Source of the DNA: an uncultured Methanosarcinales archaeon
GTDB taxonomy: Archaea; Nanobdellota; Nanobdellia; Woesearchaeales; CAZYIM01
Assembly (NCBI GenBank): GCA_964647565.1
Contig: CAZYIM010000012.1
Coordinates: forward strand, 22,414 to 65,507
Direction of reading: 5' to 3'
DNA: 43,094 bases
Shown here: in pieces, positions 9,252 through 18,297 of the stretch
Numbering within the stretch: position 1 is the stretch's first letter
Layout: each line of letters begins with the position of its first letter
The notes under the pieces: generated by a model
Told to the model about the DNA's origin: nothing
Databases searched by the model: none
Seen by the model: only the letters and a program-made list of their open reading frames with translations
Made by a program: the position numbers and the translations under genes

Positions 9252-9686
9252 ATGAATAAAAATCAGGAATACCAAAAGCTAGTACAACAAGCGATAATAA
9301 ATAATAATGAAACCACCTTACCTATTAAGGGGATGAGTATGTACCCTACTATTAAACACGGCGATAAGATCACCCTGAAAAGAGCTGACATCTCACAACT
9401 TAGTATTGGTGATGTTATCGCAGTTAGAGAAGGGCAAAAACTCCAAGTTCACAGAATAGTCTGGAAAAAAAGATCCCTTTTCGTTACTAAAGGAGACCAT
9501 AATTTTCATTTTGATTCAAAGGTTAAAAAAAACCAGATAATTGGTTTAGTGACCCAAATCAATAGAAGAGATAATAGAAGGTTCAAATATCGAACCAAAG
9601 CACAGATAATAGCAATAATCTCCCTTTGTTTTGGTTTGATTCATAGGCTTTATTACAGTATTAGGAAGTTCATCTCCAAAGCATAA
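9252..9686 (+). CDS. S26/S24-family peptidase (Ser-His, Sec11/SipW-type), putative leader peptidase
   Basis: KGMSMYPTIKHGD (catalytic Ser), VHRIV (His), TKGDHN...D, IIGLV. No N-terminal TM anchor. Confidence 0.88.
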   Translation: MNKNQEYQKLVQQAIINNNETTLPIKGMSMYPTIKHGDKITLKRADISQLSIGDVIAVREGQKLQVHRIVWKKRSLFVTKGDHNFHFDSKVKKNQIIGLVTQINRRDNRRFKYRTKAQIIAIISLCFGLIHRLYYSIRKFISKA

Positions 9687-10701
9687 CCCAGCATTCTTTG
9701 AGCTTATCCTTAAAAGGTTTTTCATATAAGCCTCCTATGATGCAGCATTTAGAGCAAAAAGCTGCCTTGTGTTTTAGTTCGGCCTTGCTTTTTTTGAAGA
9801 GGTTTTTAATGTTAGTCTGAGTTACATTTCCCATCTGAGGCATCAAGCAGGAATTGAGAGTACCGTCAGGATCGACGGAAAGTACATTCAAAGCGCTTCG
9901 GCAAAGATTGTCTGCCCGCTTTGGTTGAAGTAAATTATCTTCTATGTAGTAATCCAGAATAAGTCTCAGATTTTTTTCAGCATTATTGATGTGTGCGTCC
10001 TTTTGTTTTAATCCAATCAGCTTATTTATCAAGTTTTTGAGATCATCATACTGCTTTGGCTGAATCCATATATCCTTATATCTATCCTTCCATTTATTGA
10101 ACAGGGGCCTGACTATGATGCCGTCTAAATTTTCTTTTCTTACAAATTGAACCAAATCAATAATCTGGTCTAGATTGTTAGACATAAGGATAGACCTAAG
10201 ATAAATCTTCATATCAGAGCCGTATTTGGAGCGAGCTGCTTTCAGATGTTGTATCGCTGAAAGTGCTTTTTTCAGGGAATTTTCTTTCTGTGTTATTTCA
10301 TTATTGACCTTAGAATCAAGGCTTTGTATAGAGATGACAATAGAATTAAGACCAGAATCAGTCAATTTTTTCGCCATGATTTGATCTATGAAGAATCCGT
10401 TTGAATCAATATTGGTTATTAAACCTTTTTTGGAAGCATACATTAAGATGTCTGTTGTGTCCTTCCTTAACAATGGTTCGCCACCTGAAAATGAGATAAA
10501 ACAGCTACCCAACCATTTGCTTATCTGTTGAATAAAAAGTTTCCATTGCTCTTTACTCAACTCTTTTGATTCAAGCTCTTGATAGAAGCACATCTGACAG
10601 TTATAGTTGCATCTGTTTGTCAGATCAACACAAACCAAGGTGGGACGCTTAATCAACCTCGAAACTATCAGGTGCCTGAGCTTTAAGAAACTTTTTTTCA
10701 T
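9670..10701 (-). CDS. Radical SAM protein with SPASM/Twitch domain
   Basis: CNYNCQMC, SGGEPLL, SNG; C-terminal C...DPDGTLNSC...GNV...CSKCC. Confidence 0.92.
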   Translation of the reverse strand: MKKSFLKLRHLIVSRLIKRPTLVCVDLTNRCNYNCQMCFYQELESKELSKEQWKLFIQQISKWLGSCFISFSGGEPLLRKDTTDILMYASKKGLITNIDSNGFFIDQIMAKKLTDSGLNSIVISIQSLDSKVNNEITQKENSLKKALSAIQHLKAARSKYGSDMKIYLRSILMSNNLDQIIDLVQFVRKENLDGIIVRPLFNKWKDRYKDIWIQPKQYDDLKNLINKLIGLKQKDAHINNAEKNLRLILDYYIEDNLLQPKRADNLCRSALNVLSVDPDGTLNSCLMPQMGNVTQTNIKNLFKKSKAELKHKAAFCSKCCIIGGLYEKPFKDKLKECWVMLWR

Positions 10702-10724
10702 CGATATAAAAGAAAAGCATTAAT

Positions 10725-10759
10725 TATATAAAGGTTATTATCAAACAAAATGAGGGGGT
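10725..10759. promoter_or_regulatory. Divergent TATA box (10725-10732) and purine-rich RBS GAGGGGGT (10752-10759)
   Basis: tatataaa lies 24 nt upstream of the minus-strand ATG 10701. On plus it is followed by GAGGGGGT-AAAA-ATA, in frame with the nucleotidyltransferase. Confidence 0.5.
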
Positions 10760-10763
10760 AAAA

Positions 10764-11831
10764 ATAGGAAAAATAGAAGAAGAACTGATACTTGCTTGTC
10801 TTAATGATGACCAGAATAGAATTGGTAATATTATTAAATCTGAATTAGATTGGATGTCTTTTCTTGATCTTTGCGAATATCATATGATCTGGTCAAATAT
10901 TTATAACAATGTCAAGAGCAGAAAAGATATCCCGATAAAAGTGATTAGACATCTTAAAGAATTGGTTGTTTCAAACACTATACAAAATATGGTATTGTTT
11001 CAAGAAACCAAGATGATTTTCTCAAATCTCAACTGTTTCAGAGAGAAAGCAATCCTACTTAAAGGATTCTCTATTTCTGAAAAGACAAATGAAGACTATA
11101 CCTTCAGATTTACATCAGATATTGATATTCTAGTTCCCGAAGGCAGAATTGCTCAAGTTGGCAAAAGATTAAAAGAACTGGATTATGCCAAAAACTCAGA
11201 TTATATAAATAATTATTGGAATGCTTGGGATGAGGCGAAATCCCATCATGATCTTCCATTGACAAAAAAAATAAAGGATATGAAGGTTTGTGTTGAGCTT
11301 CACAATGGATTAGTTTTTACTAACAGCCCTTTTAATATCAGCAATAAAAGATTGTGGGAACAAAAAGATTCAATTAAGTTAGGAAATATAAAAATTCCAT
11401 CATTATCAACAGAGCACATGTTGATTCATATGTGTCTGCAGCTGGCTTACCAGCATAGCTTCAGGACTGCAATCCGAGACCTGCTAGACATATCAGCCAT
11501 ATTGAAAAAGAAGAAGATAAGATGGGATTCAATTGTTAAGGATGCGGTTGACTGGGGTGCTTCAGCCTTTGTTTATAGATGTTTAGAGCTTACAGTTCTG
11601 TTCTTTAGGATTGATATACCTAAAAAAGTTCTGGAACATCTGAGGAAAAAATCAAAAAAGAATCAACTTTGGTTGATTAACCACTTCAACAAGAAAAGCA
11701 TCCTGAAAATCAGGGCAGACTCAGAATATAAATTAATGCACTGGGGCCTTCAGTTCCTTTTTGCAGAAGATTTCAAGAATAAATTGGCTGTAATCAGAAA
11801 AGGACTGCTTTTTGTAAAAGAGAAAATATGA
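10764..11831 (+). CDS. Nucleotidyltransferase family protein (NTP_transf_5-like); probable non-ATG start upstream of the first ATG at 10854
   Basis: ILLKG, RFTSDIDILV, VELH, IRDLLDI motifs. The frame is open upstream of 10854 and reads IGKIEEELILACL...ELDW, the usual N-terminus of this family. Confidence 0.85.
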   Translation: MGKIEEELILACLNDDQNRIGNIIKSELDWMSFLDLCEYHMIWSNIYNNVKSRKDIPIKVIRHLKELVVSNTIQNMVLFQETKMIFSNLNCFREKAILLKGFSISEKTNEDYTFRFTSDIDILVPEGRIAQVGKRLKELDYAKNSDYINNYWNAWDEAKSHHDLPLTKKIKDMKVCVELHNGLVFTNSPFNISNKRLWEQKDSIKLGNIKIPSLSTEHMLIHMCLQLAYQHSFRTAIRDLLDISAILKKKKIRWDSIVKDAVDWGASAFVYRCLELTVLFFRIDIPKKVLEHLRKKSKKNQLWLINHFNKKSILKIRADSEYKLMHWGLQFLFAEDFKNKLAVIRKGLLFVKEKI

Positions 11832-13264
11832 ACAAAAAAAAACATCAAGGAAAAAAATTGAAAATTGCTTTCATAAACACATATACAGACCCAACAGAAT
11901 CAGCTCTATTTGGAAGCTTTTCAAGCAGATTAGTACCGATGGGAATACTTCTATTAGCTTCGATTATTCGAAAACAAGGGCATGTTATTAGTATTGTAGA
12001 TTATAATCATGAAAAAGAACAGAATACCCTGAATGATATCTTTAAAAAAAAACCAGATATTGTATTATTTAGTTCAACCACCCCTTTAATCGAATATGCA
12101 GTCAATCTTGCAAAAAAGATCAAAGCCTATGATAACAGCATCATCATTATAATCGGAGGCCCCCACATCAGTGTCTGCCCAAAAGAGACCTTGGAAAAAT
12201 ATCCTTCTTTTGACCTAGGTTTGACCGGGCAAAGCGAACAAAGCCTGATTAAGCTATTAGAACTCATGAAAAAAAAGAAGATACTCACAGAATTACCTGG
12301 GCTCGTATATAGACAAAAAAACCACATTGTCTATAATCCTCCCAGAACATATTCAAAATCTCTTGACGATCTCCCTTTCCCAGCTTGGGACCTGTTAAAA
12401 GGATTCCCTGACAAATATCAACCTACAATAACCAGCATAAAACAATCCCCTGCAGCATCCCTAATCACATCAAGAGGCTGCCCCTATAATTGCAAATTCT
12501 GTGATAAATCAATATTTGGAAGCCATTATCACGCAGAATCAGTCTCGCAGACAGTAGAAAAAATAAAATATCTGAATAAACGATTTGGAATCCAAGACAT
12601 ATTTTTCCTGGATGATGATTTTCTAATAGATAAAGAAAGGGTAAAACAAATTTGCCAAAGGATACTAGAACTAAAAATTAAAATCTCCTGGTCCTGCATT
12701 ACACGTGCATCTAATATAGAATCTGACTTGTTAAAACTCATGAAAATTGCAGGATGTTGGCAGCTTTCTTTCGGAGTCGAAAGCGGCTCCCAAACGATAT
12801 TGAACCTTATAAGCAAAGGAATTAGTGTAGAAAGTGCTAAAAAAAGCATACAAGAAACAAAAAAGGCAGGGATGAGTGCAAGGATATTCATAATGATAGG
12901 CTGTCCAGGCGAGACTATCAGCACTCTCAAAGAGACCATGAAATTCCTCAAGTTAACAGATCCAGATGATATAGTGCTTGGTTACTTTACACCCATCTGC
13001 GGTTCTGAGTTGAGCCAGGATTATGAAAAGTACGGTAAATTCGATTACTCGTGGAAGAATATGGATTTCTATAAACCTAATTTTATTCCACATTGTCTGG
13101 ATGTGAGCAATTTAATCGAGTATTACCGTAAGATTTTAATCAGTTTCTACCTAAAACCTAGGATCCTTGGACATTACCTGTTTAAGAAAAAACTAATATT
13201 TAATCCAAGTTTCATTATGGAAGGATTTAAAACAATCATGAAACTACTCGTTCCAGGGACATAA
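11828..13264 (+). CDS. B12-binding domain radical SAM protein
   Basis: PMGILLLAS, IGGPH, LDDLPFPAW, TSRGCPYNCKFC, FLDDDF, FGVESGS, IGCPGET. Confidence 0.93.
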   Translation: MNKKKHQGKKLKIAFINTYTDPTESALFGSFSSRLVPMGILLLASIIRKQGHVISIVDYNHEKEQNTLNDIFKKKPDIVLFSSTTPLIEYAVNLAKKIKAYDNSIIIIIGGPHISVCPKETLEKYPSFDLGLTGQSEQSLIKLLELMKKKKILTELPGLVYRQKNHIVYNPPRTYSKSLDDLPFPAWDLLKGFPDKYQPTITSIKQSPAASLITSRGCPYNCKFCDKSIFGSHYHAESVSQTVEKIKYLNKRFGIQDIFFLDDDFLIDKERVKQICQRILELKIKISWSCITRASNIESDLLKLMKIAGCWQLSFGVESGSQTILNLISKGISVESAKKSIQETKKAGMSARIFIMIGCPGETISTLKETMKFLKLTDPDDIVLGYFTPICGSELSQDYEKYGKFDYSWKNMDFYKPNFIPHCLDVSNLIEYYRKILISFYLKPRILGHYLFKKKLIFNPSFIMEGFKTIMKLLVPGT

Positions 13265-13265
13265 A

Positions 13266-13964
13266 ATGCAATTATCACTGATCGTGCCAATGTTTAACGA
13301 GGAAGCTGTAGCCAAGATAAGCCATAAACGGATAAAATATGCTTTAAAAAATTATAAGAAATGTTACGAAATAATTTTTTGTGATGACGGTAGCATTGAC
13401 AAAACTAAACTGATTCTTCAGGACTTAGCTAAAACTGATCCACACACTAAAATGGTCTCCTATAAAGTGAACAGGGGAGTAGGATATGCGTATAGACAAG
13501 GACTCAAAATAGCTAAAGGCAAAAACATTATTTTCATGGATGCGGATCTGGCCATCAATCCTAATATAATAACAAAATTTGAAACTCAGCTAAATAGTTC
13601 AGATCTAGTGATTGCGTCTAGATACAAAGGAATCTCGCCGGATTATCCGCTTGGAAGGAAGCTGGCGAGCTATATCTATTATTTTATTAATAAGTTTATT
13701 TTCAGGCTGGATATCCGCGACACTCAAAGCGGATTCTTTGCAATAAAAAAGGAAGTCTTAAAAAGGATTGAGACCTTTTCAGATGGATTTGATATCTACA
13801 TTGAGATGTTCTATAAACTCAAGAAGAGGGGTATCAGAATAAAGGAGATTCCTGCCAAGTTTATACATCGGAAAGGAGGTAGTTTCAGTGTGCTTAAAGA
13901 TGGCCCAAAATTACTATTCGACACCCTAACCCTCTATTTAAAACTAAATAAATTAACAAAATGA
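13266..13964 (+). CDS. GT2 glycosyltransferase, polyprenol/dolichol-phosphate glycosyltransferase-like
   Basis: IVPMFNEE, CDDGS, FMDADL, IASRY, DTQSGF, HRKGGS. Confidence 0.9.
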   Translation: MQLSLIVPMFNEEAVAKISHKRIKYALKNYKKCYEIIFCDDGSIDKTKLILQDLAKTDPHTKMVSYKVNRGVGYAYRQGLKIAKGKNIIFMDADLAINPNIITKFETQLNSSDLVIASRYKGISPDYPLGRKLASYIYYFINKFIFRLDIRDTQSGFFAIKKEVLKRIETFSDGFDIYIEMFYKLKKRGIRIKEIPAKFIHRKGGSFSVLKDGPKLLFDTLTLYLKLNKLTK

Positions 13965-14977
13965 ATCCGTTCACCCAGAACAAACTATTAAGCTGCTATA
14001 ATGAGATAAAACAGATCAAACAGGGGAAAATCCCAGTTCCTCGCACAGTAGAGTTTTTTATTTCTAACAAATGTCAGCATGCCTGCCAAGATTGTCATTC
14101 CACCAGCCTGCATAATATCCAGCCCCATTTTATTGACACAAAAAAAACTAAAGAGATCTTGAGTGAACTCAAAGAACTGGGAGTTGAAGGCCTAGAGATT
14201 AGCGGGGGAGGAGAGCCTTTGCTCCATCCAGATTTCATTGAGATTATCAAGGATGCCAAAATCAAGGGATTCAAATTAGGACTATTTACCAACGGGATTC
14301 ATCTAGATAACCAATTAAGTGAACTTATACTTCAAAATTTTCTTTTTGTCAGAATAGCTTTAGACTCAGCTACCAGCACTACTTATTTGAAAGTTCATAA
14401 TGCTGATGACTTTAAAAAACTGGTCAAGAAGATCAAACAGCTGATAAGCCTTAAGAAGCAAATGGGCTCACAAACCACAATAGGCCTTAAATTCCTGATT
14501 TCAAAATTGAATGCGCATGAAGTTGACCTTACAATACAACTAGCTGAAAAAATCGGATCTGATTACTTACAGTTTAAATCATTAAGGAACAGTATTCAAG
14601 AACTGGAAGCTGACCAAGCCAAATTGATTCAAACCAAGATTGACGACGCCAAGAAAACCAGCAGCATCAATCTTTTCGGTAGCTTAATCAAAAGCAATAT
14701 AGACGAACCATGCAGTTTGAATCCATTGCACCCTCTCATAAATGCCACAGGGGATATTTTTCTTTGTGCATTTTTTCAACACAGAAAAGACAGCCACGCA
14801 ATAGGTAATATCCATAATGAGTCTTTTAAGAAAATCTGGTTTGGTAACAAACACAAGGAAGCTATCCGCAACTTAAAAATTGAAGAATGCAATATCTATG
14901 ATTGCCCATTCCACAGGCTTCAAAATTATTACAAGCAACATATTGAACCTAACAAATCACATTTTGAATTTATCTGA
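13961..14977 (+). CDS. Radical SAM protein with Twitch/SPASM domain
   Basis: CQHACQDC, SGGGEPLL, FTNG; C-terminal C...ATGDIFLC...IGNI...IW...ECNIYDC. Confidence 0.92.
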   Translation: MNPFTQNKLLSCYNEIKQIKQGKIPVPRTVEFFISNKCQHACQDCHSTSLHNIQPHFIDTKKTKEILSELKELGVEGLEISGGGEPLLHPDFIEIIKDAKIKGFKLGLFTNGIHLDNQLSELILQNFLFVRIALDSATSTTYLKVHNADDFKKLVKKIKQLISLKKQMGSQTTIGLKFLISKLNAHEVDLTIQLAEKIGSDYLQFKSLRNSIQELEADQAKLIQTKIDDAKKTSSINLFGSLIKSNIDEPCSLNPLHPLINATGDIFLCAFFQHRKDSHAIGNIHNESFKKIWFGNKHKEAIRNLKIEECNIYDCPFHRLQNYYKQHIEPNKSHFEFI

Positions 14978-14985
14978 ATGAAAAG

Positions 14986-16086
14986 ATGATACGATCTTAT
15001 AACAAAATAAGGCATCTGCTCCAAATCTTTATTTCCAGGCATACCCGAAAAACTGTCAATGCACCATTTATTCTTTATATGATTCTTACTTCCCGATGCA
15101 ACCTGCAATGCGTAATGTGCGACATCTGGAAAAAGAATCGCAATATTTCTAAGAAAAATCAGAATAAGGAACTCTCAACAGAAGAAGTGCTTGATGTCAT
15201 TAGGGATGTATCAGATATGGGCTGTAAGATTTTTTCAATTTCAGGAGGAGAACCTTTGCTTAGGAAGGACATCTGCACCATTATTAAGGAAATCAAGAAC
15301 CTCGGAGGTTATGCCGTTCTGGATACAAATGGAACCTTGATAAATGCAAAAAGAGCAAAAGAATTGGCACATGCAGGATTAGATAAAGCAGCAATATCTT
15401 TGGATAGTTCTATATCTGACAAGCACGACCAGATACGCGGAAAAAAAGGTGTTTTCCAAGATGTTAAAAATGCAGTTGGTTTGCTTAAAAAAGAAAAAAT
15501 ATCTGTATCATTTAACGTATGTGTCATGAAGAGTAATGCTGATGAAATGGTCTCAATGGTGAAATTATGCAAGCAACTTGGAGTTAAGGATTTAAGATTC
15601 ATACCTATCTTGAAGGGATTTCACTATAATGATCCAAAATCATTTAATAATGATGAACATGAATGGTCAGAAAACCGTCTTAAGAACTTCAGACAGCAGA
15701 TTAAACTAGCAGAGGAGTATGCAGGAAAAAACAATATCTCCATCGGATCAAAACAGTATGTTAATGGAATGATAGGATTTTTCAATGGACGGCAAAAAAT
15801 ACCCGAGTGTTACGCAGGTTATCTTTATGCTTTAGTTGATTCGGGAGGCTATGTGCTACCGTGCACTAATCTCAAAACTTTGAAGAGCTGCAATATACGG
15901 CAACATCCATTCAAGAATATCTGGAACAGCAAGGATTTTGAAAAATTAAGAGCTCGAGTTAAGAATGGGGATTGTAAAGATTGTTGGGACTTCTGCTACA
16001 CAGAGCCTAACCTCAGATATTCTCTGCTATCTGTTTTTAAGAATCCTTCTTTAGCATTTAAAGAGATCAAAACATTTCTTCGGTAA
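14986..16086 (+). CDS. Radical SAM protein with SPASM/Twitch domain
   Basis: CNLQCVMC, SGGEPLLR, TNG, SLDS...HDQIRG; C-terminal CYAG...GYVLPC...CKDCWDFC. Confidence 0.93.
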   Translation: MIRSYNKIRHLLQIFISRHTRKTVNAPFILYMILTSRCNLQCVMCDIWKKNRNISKKNQNKELSTEEVLDVIRDVSDMGCKIFSISGGEPLLRKDICTIIKEIKNLGGYAVLDTNGTLINAKRAKELAHAGLDKAAISLDSSISDKHDQIRGKKGVFQDVKNAVGLLKKEKISVSFNVCVMKSNADEMVSMVKLCKQLGVKDLRFIPILKGFHYNDPKSFNNDEHEWSENRLKNFRQQIKLAEEYAGKNNISIGSKQYVNGMIGFFNGRQKIPECYAGYLYALVDSGGYVLPCTNLKTLKSCNIRQHPFKNIWNSKDFEKLRARVKNGDCKDCWDFCYTEPNLRYSLLSVFKNPSLAFKEIKTFLR

Positions 16087-16091
16087 CCTGA

Positions 16092-17582
16092 CTAGATCTT
16101 AAATAATGCCCTTTTTAGCTGGAAGAGATAGTATTTAAGATAAATCCATGCATCGTCATTTTTAGCTTTTAGACTGGCTAAAAGATAAAGAGGAAACACA
16201 AACCAACCAGGCATCCATCGAAAAACTAAATAGGCTCTTAATCTAACGATAATCTTTCTTTTCCAAACTGGAATGATTGGCATTATCTTAAAAAAAACCT
16301 CAAACTGCCTAAATTTCTTCTGAAGACGTCTGTCTTTCACTGATCCAAAACTCCACGGAAGTTGTTCATGACCTAAATTGATATTTTTAATATCATCTTC
16401 TGATAGTAATTTGTGTTCTTTAGCAAACTCAATAATCTTCGTTTGCGGCAGATACATTAACCAGAAACAATCTATTCTGCAATATTTTAAGGGAGAAAAC
16501 AGGTTTGCCGCTTTGTTGAGTGATCTAGTCGTCTCATAAGGAAGTCCAAAAATATAGTCTACAACATAATTTATTTCAAGTGATTCGCAAATAGAGAATA
16601 TTTTATTTATTTGGGCATCTGATTCATTCCTGTTTAGGATATTTTTACGTATCTTTTCAGATGCAGATTGTAATCCAAATCCTATATGAGTACAACCCGC
16701 CTTTTTTAATAATACCAATAACGGGCGATCTACTGTATCGAAATGCGCTAAGCACTGAAAAGGAAGTTTTATTTTTTTCTTGTACTGCATAAGAAATTTC
16801 AAGAGCCAAGGCCTATCAATTGTAAAGATATCATCAAAAAAATGGACTTTTTTAATTTTATACTTCTTTTTTGCATCAATTAGCTCGAGTATAACATTCT
16901 CCACAGATCTTCTTCGATAATATTTCCCTTTCCCATTATATATTTCTTTATAAAAACTATTGAAACAAAAACTGCAGGAATAAGGACACCCTCTGCCAGT
17001 CATAATAGTATATTCGTTAAAGATTGGAAATTCTGTTAAAAACAATTTTTTATCTGGAAAAGGTCGACTATCCAGATCATTAGCTAAAGATCTCAGATCA
17101 TTCTTGATTATCTGGCCGTTATCCTTAAACCAAAGGTTCTTGATATGATAATAAGTTTTTTGTTCAGATAAAGCTTCAGCCAATTCAACAACAGCCTCTT
17201 CTGCTTCTCCAATACAAATCATATCTACAAAATCATTTTTGATCACTACATCAGGCACTGAAGATACATGTATACCTCCAAAAATCACTGGCACATCTGA
17301 GTGACGCTTCAGTTCTTTTGCAATTGAACAAGCCCAATTATAGCTGTATGTAAAGACAGAAAACATAACTAACTCTGGTTTAGCTCTGAGGATGTCCTCA
17401 ACCACCTTTTTACGCTTATTAAACAGCTTAGCCAACCATTTAATGGACAAATACCTCTTGTCATCAAAGAGATTATGATCAAAAACAAGTGAAGTCTGAT
17501 GACCTACCTTCTTAAGAACAGAAGAAAGATACTCTATACCGATGCTCTCAGAAGCACCTGTCCAAACAAAGACCACCCTCAT
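16092..17582 (-). CDS. B12-binding domain radical SAM protein
   Basis: SIGIEYLSSVLK, FGGIH, IGEAE, TGRGCPYSCSFC, FFDDIF, FGLPYET. Confidence 0.93.
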   Translation of the reverse strand: MRVVFVWTGASESIGIEYLSSVLKKVGHQTSLVFDHNLFDDKRYLSIKWLAKLFNKRKKVVEDILRAKPELVMFSVFTYSYNWACSIAKELKRHSDVPVIFGGIHVSSVPDVVIKNDFVDMICIGEAEEAVVELAEALSEQKTYYHIKNLWFKDNGQIIKNDLRSLANDLDSRPFPDKKLFLTEFPIFNEYTIMTGRGCPYSCSFCFNSFYKEIYNGKGKYYRRRSVENVILELIDAKKKYKIKKVHFFDDIFTIDRPWLLKFLMQYKKKIKLPFQCLAHFDTVDRPLLVLLKKAGCTHIGFGLQSASEKIRKNILNRNESDAQINKIFSICESLEINYVVDYIFGLPYETTRSLNKAANLFSPLKYCRIDCFWLMYLPQTKIIEFAKEHKLLSEDDIKNINLGHEQLPWSFGSVKDRRLQKKFRQFEVFFKIMPIIPVWKRKIIVRLRAYLVFRWMPGWFVFPLYLLASLKAKNDDAWIYLKYYLFQLKRALFKI

Positions 17583-17607
17583 TAATAAAGGAGCGGTTTT
17601 GAACTAT

Positions 17608-18216
17608 TTATACCTTTTTATTTTCCAATATAAAAACACTATATTCCCAAAATCCACTTCGCATAAAATATTGTTTCCCAACATAAAAAAAATCTGAGAA
17701 TAAAGATGCATACTGTTTTATTGCTCGAATTGAAGCACCCCTATCAAATTTTTGAAGTAAATGCCCTACAAGATTTGATTTTGGAATGGGTATATCTTCC
17801 ATTACAAGCAACTTACCTCCAGGTTTCAGCACTCTTTTAACTTCTTGGAGAGTCTTCAACAGATCCCTCTCGTTTAAATGATGCAGTACACCTATAGAGA
17901 AAACTTTATCAAAAGAGCCATTCTTGAAAGATAATTTCCTGATATCCATGATACGAAAATCATAGTTTGACTTGCGTTTGGCATAATTAATGAACTTAGG
18001 TGTTATATCTACCCCTATATAAGCATCCTTTTTAAAGAATTTAGCATATCGCCCCGTACCACAGCCTATCTCAAGCACGTTTCTTGTATTATTGACCTCT
18101 ATTTTAACAAAATCCTTTTGGGCCTTGAATGCTGCCTCTAGTATATAACCTGTTAGATTAAACACCCAAGGAAGATCAAAGAATCGATCAAATAAGTGGC
18201 ATAATTTCTTTCTCAT
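17608..18216 (-). CDS. Class I SAM-dependent methyltransferase
   Basis: VLEIGCGTG, GVDI, FDKVFSIGVLHH, RVLKPGG. ATG 18216 follows a GGGTTGGGA RBS; the track's start is a TTG at 18228. Confidence 0.9.
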   Translation of the reverse strand: MRKKLCHLFDRFFDLPWVFNLTGYILEAAFKAQKDFVKIEVNNTRNVLEIGCGTGRYAKFFKKDAYIGVDITPKFINYAKRKSNYDFRIMDIRKLSFKNGSFDKVFSIGVLHHLNERDLLKTLQEVKRVLKPGGKLLVMEDIPIPKSNLVGHLLQKFDRGASIRAIKQYASLFSDFFYVGKQYFMRSGFWEYSVFILENKKV

Positions 18217-18297
18217 TGTTAATCCCAACCCATATAGTGGCAGGATGTATAAAAATATTTATATATTCACCTAATTAATTAAAAGAAGGGTGGGTTT

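Noticed and set aside
8804..10701. PQQ biosynthesis operon (pqqD/pqqE)
   Set aside because: No pqqB/pqqC, and the peptide lacks the ExxxY core of PqqA.
7966..11831. Canonical lasso peptide cluster
   Set aside because: No lasso cyclase or B2 protease in the window, and the peptide has no Asp/Glu placed for a 7-9 residue macrolactam after a plausible cleavage site.
178..16086. SPASM rSAMs as anaerobic sulfatase-maturating enzymes for the nearby sulfatase-like proteins
   Set aside because: The sulfatase-like proteins lack the (C/S)xPxR target, and the rSAMs lack the full two-cluster Cys set expected of anSMEs.
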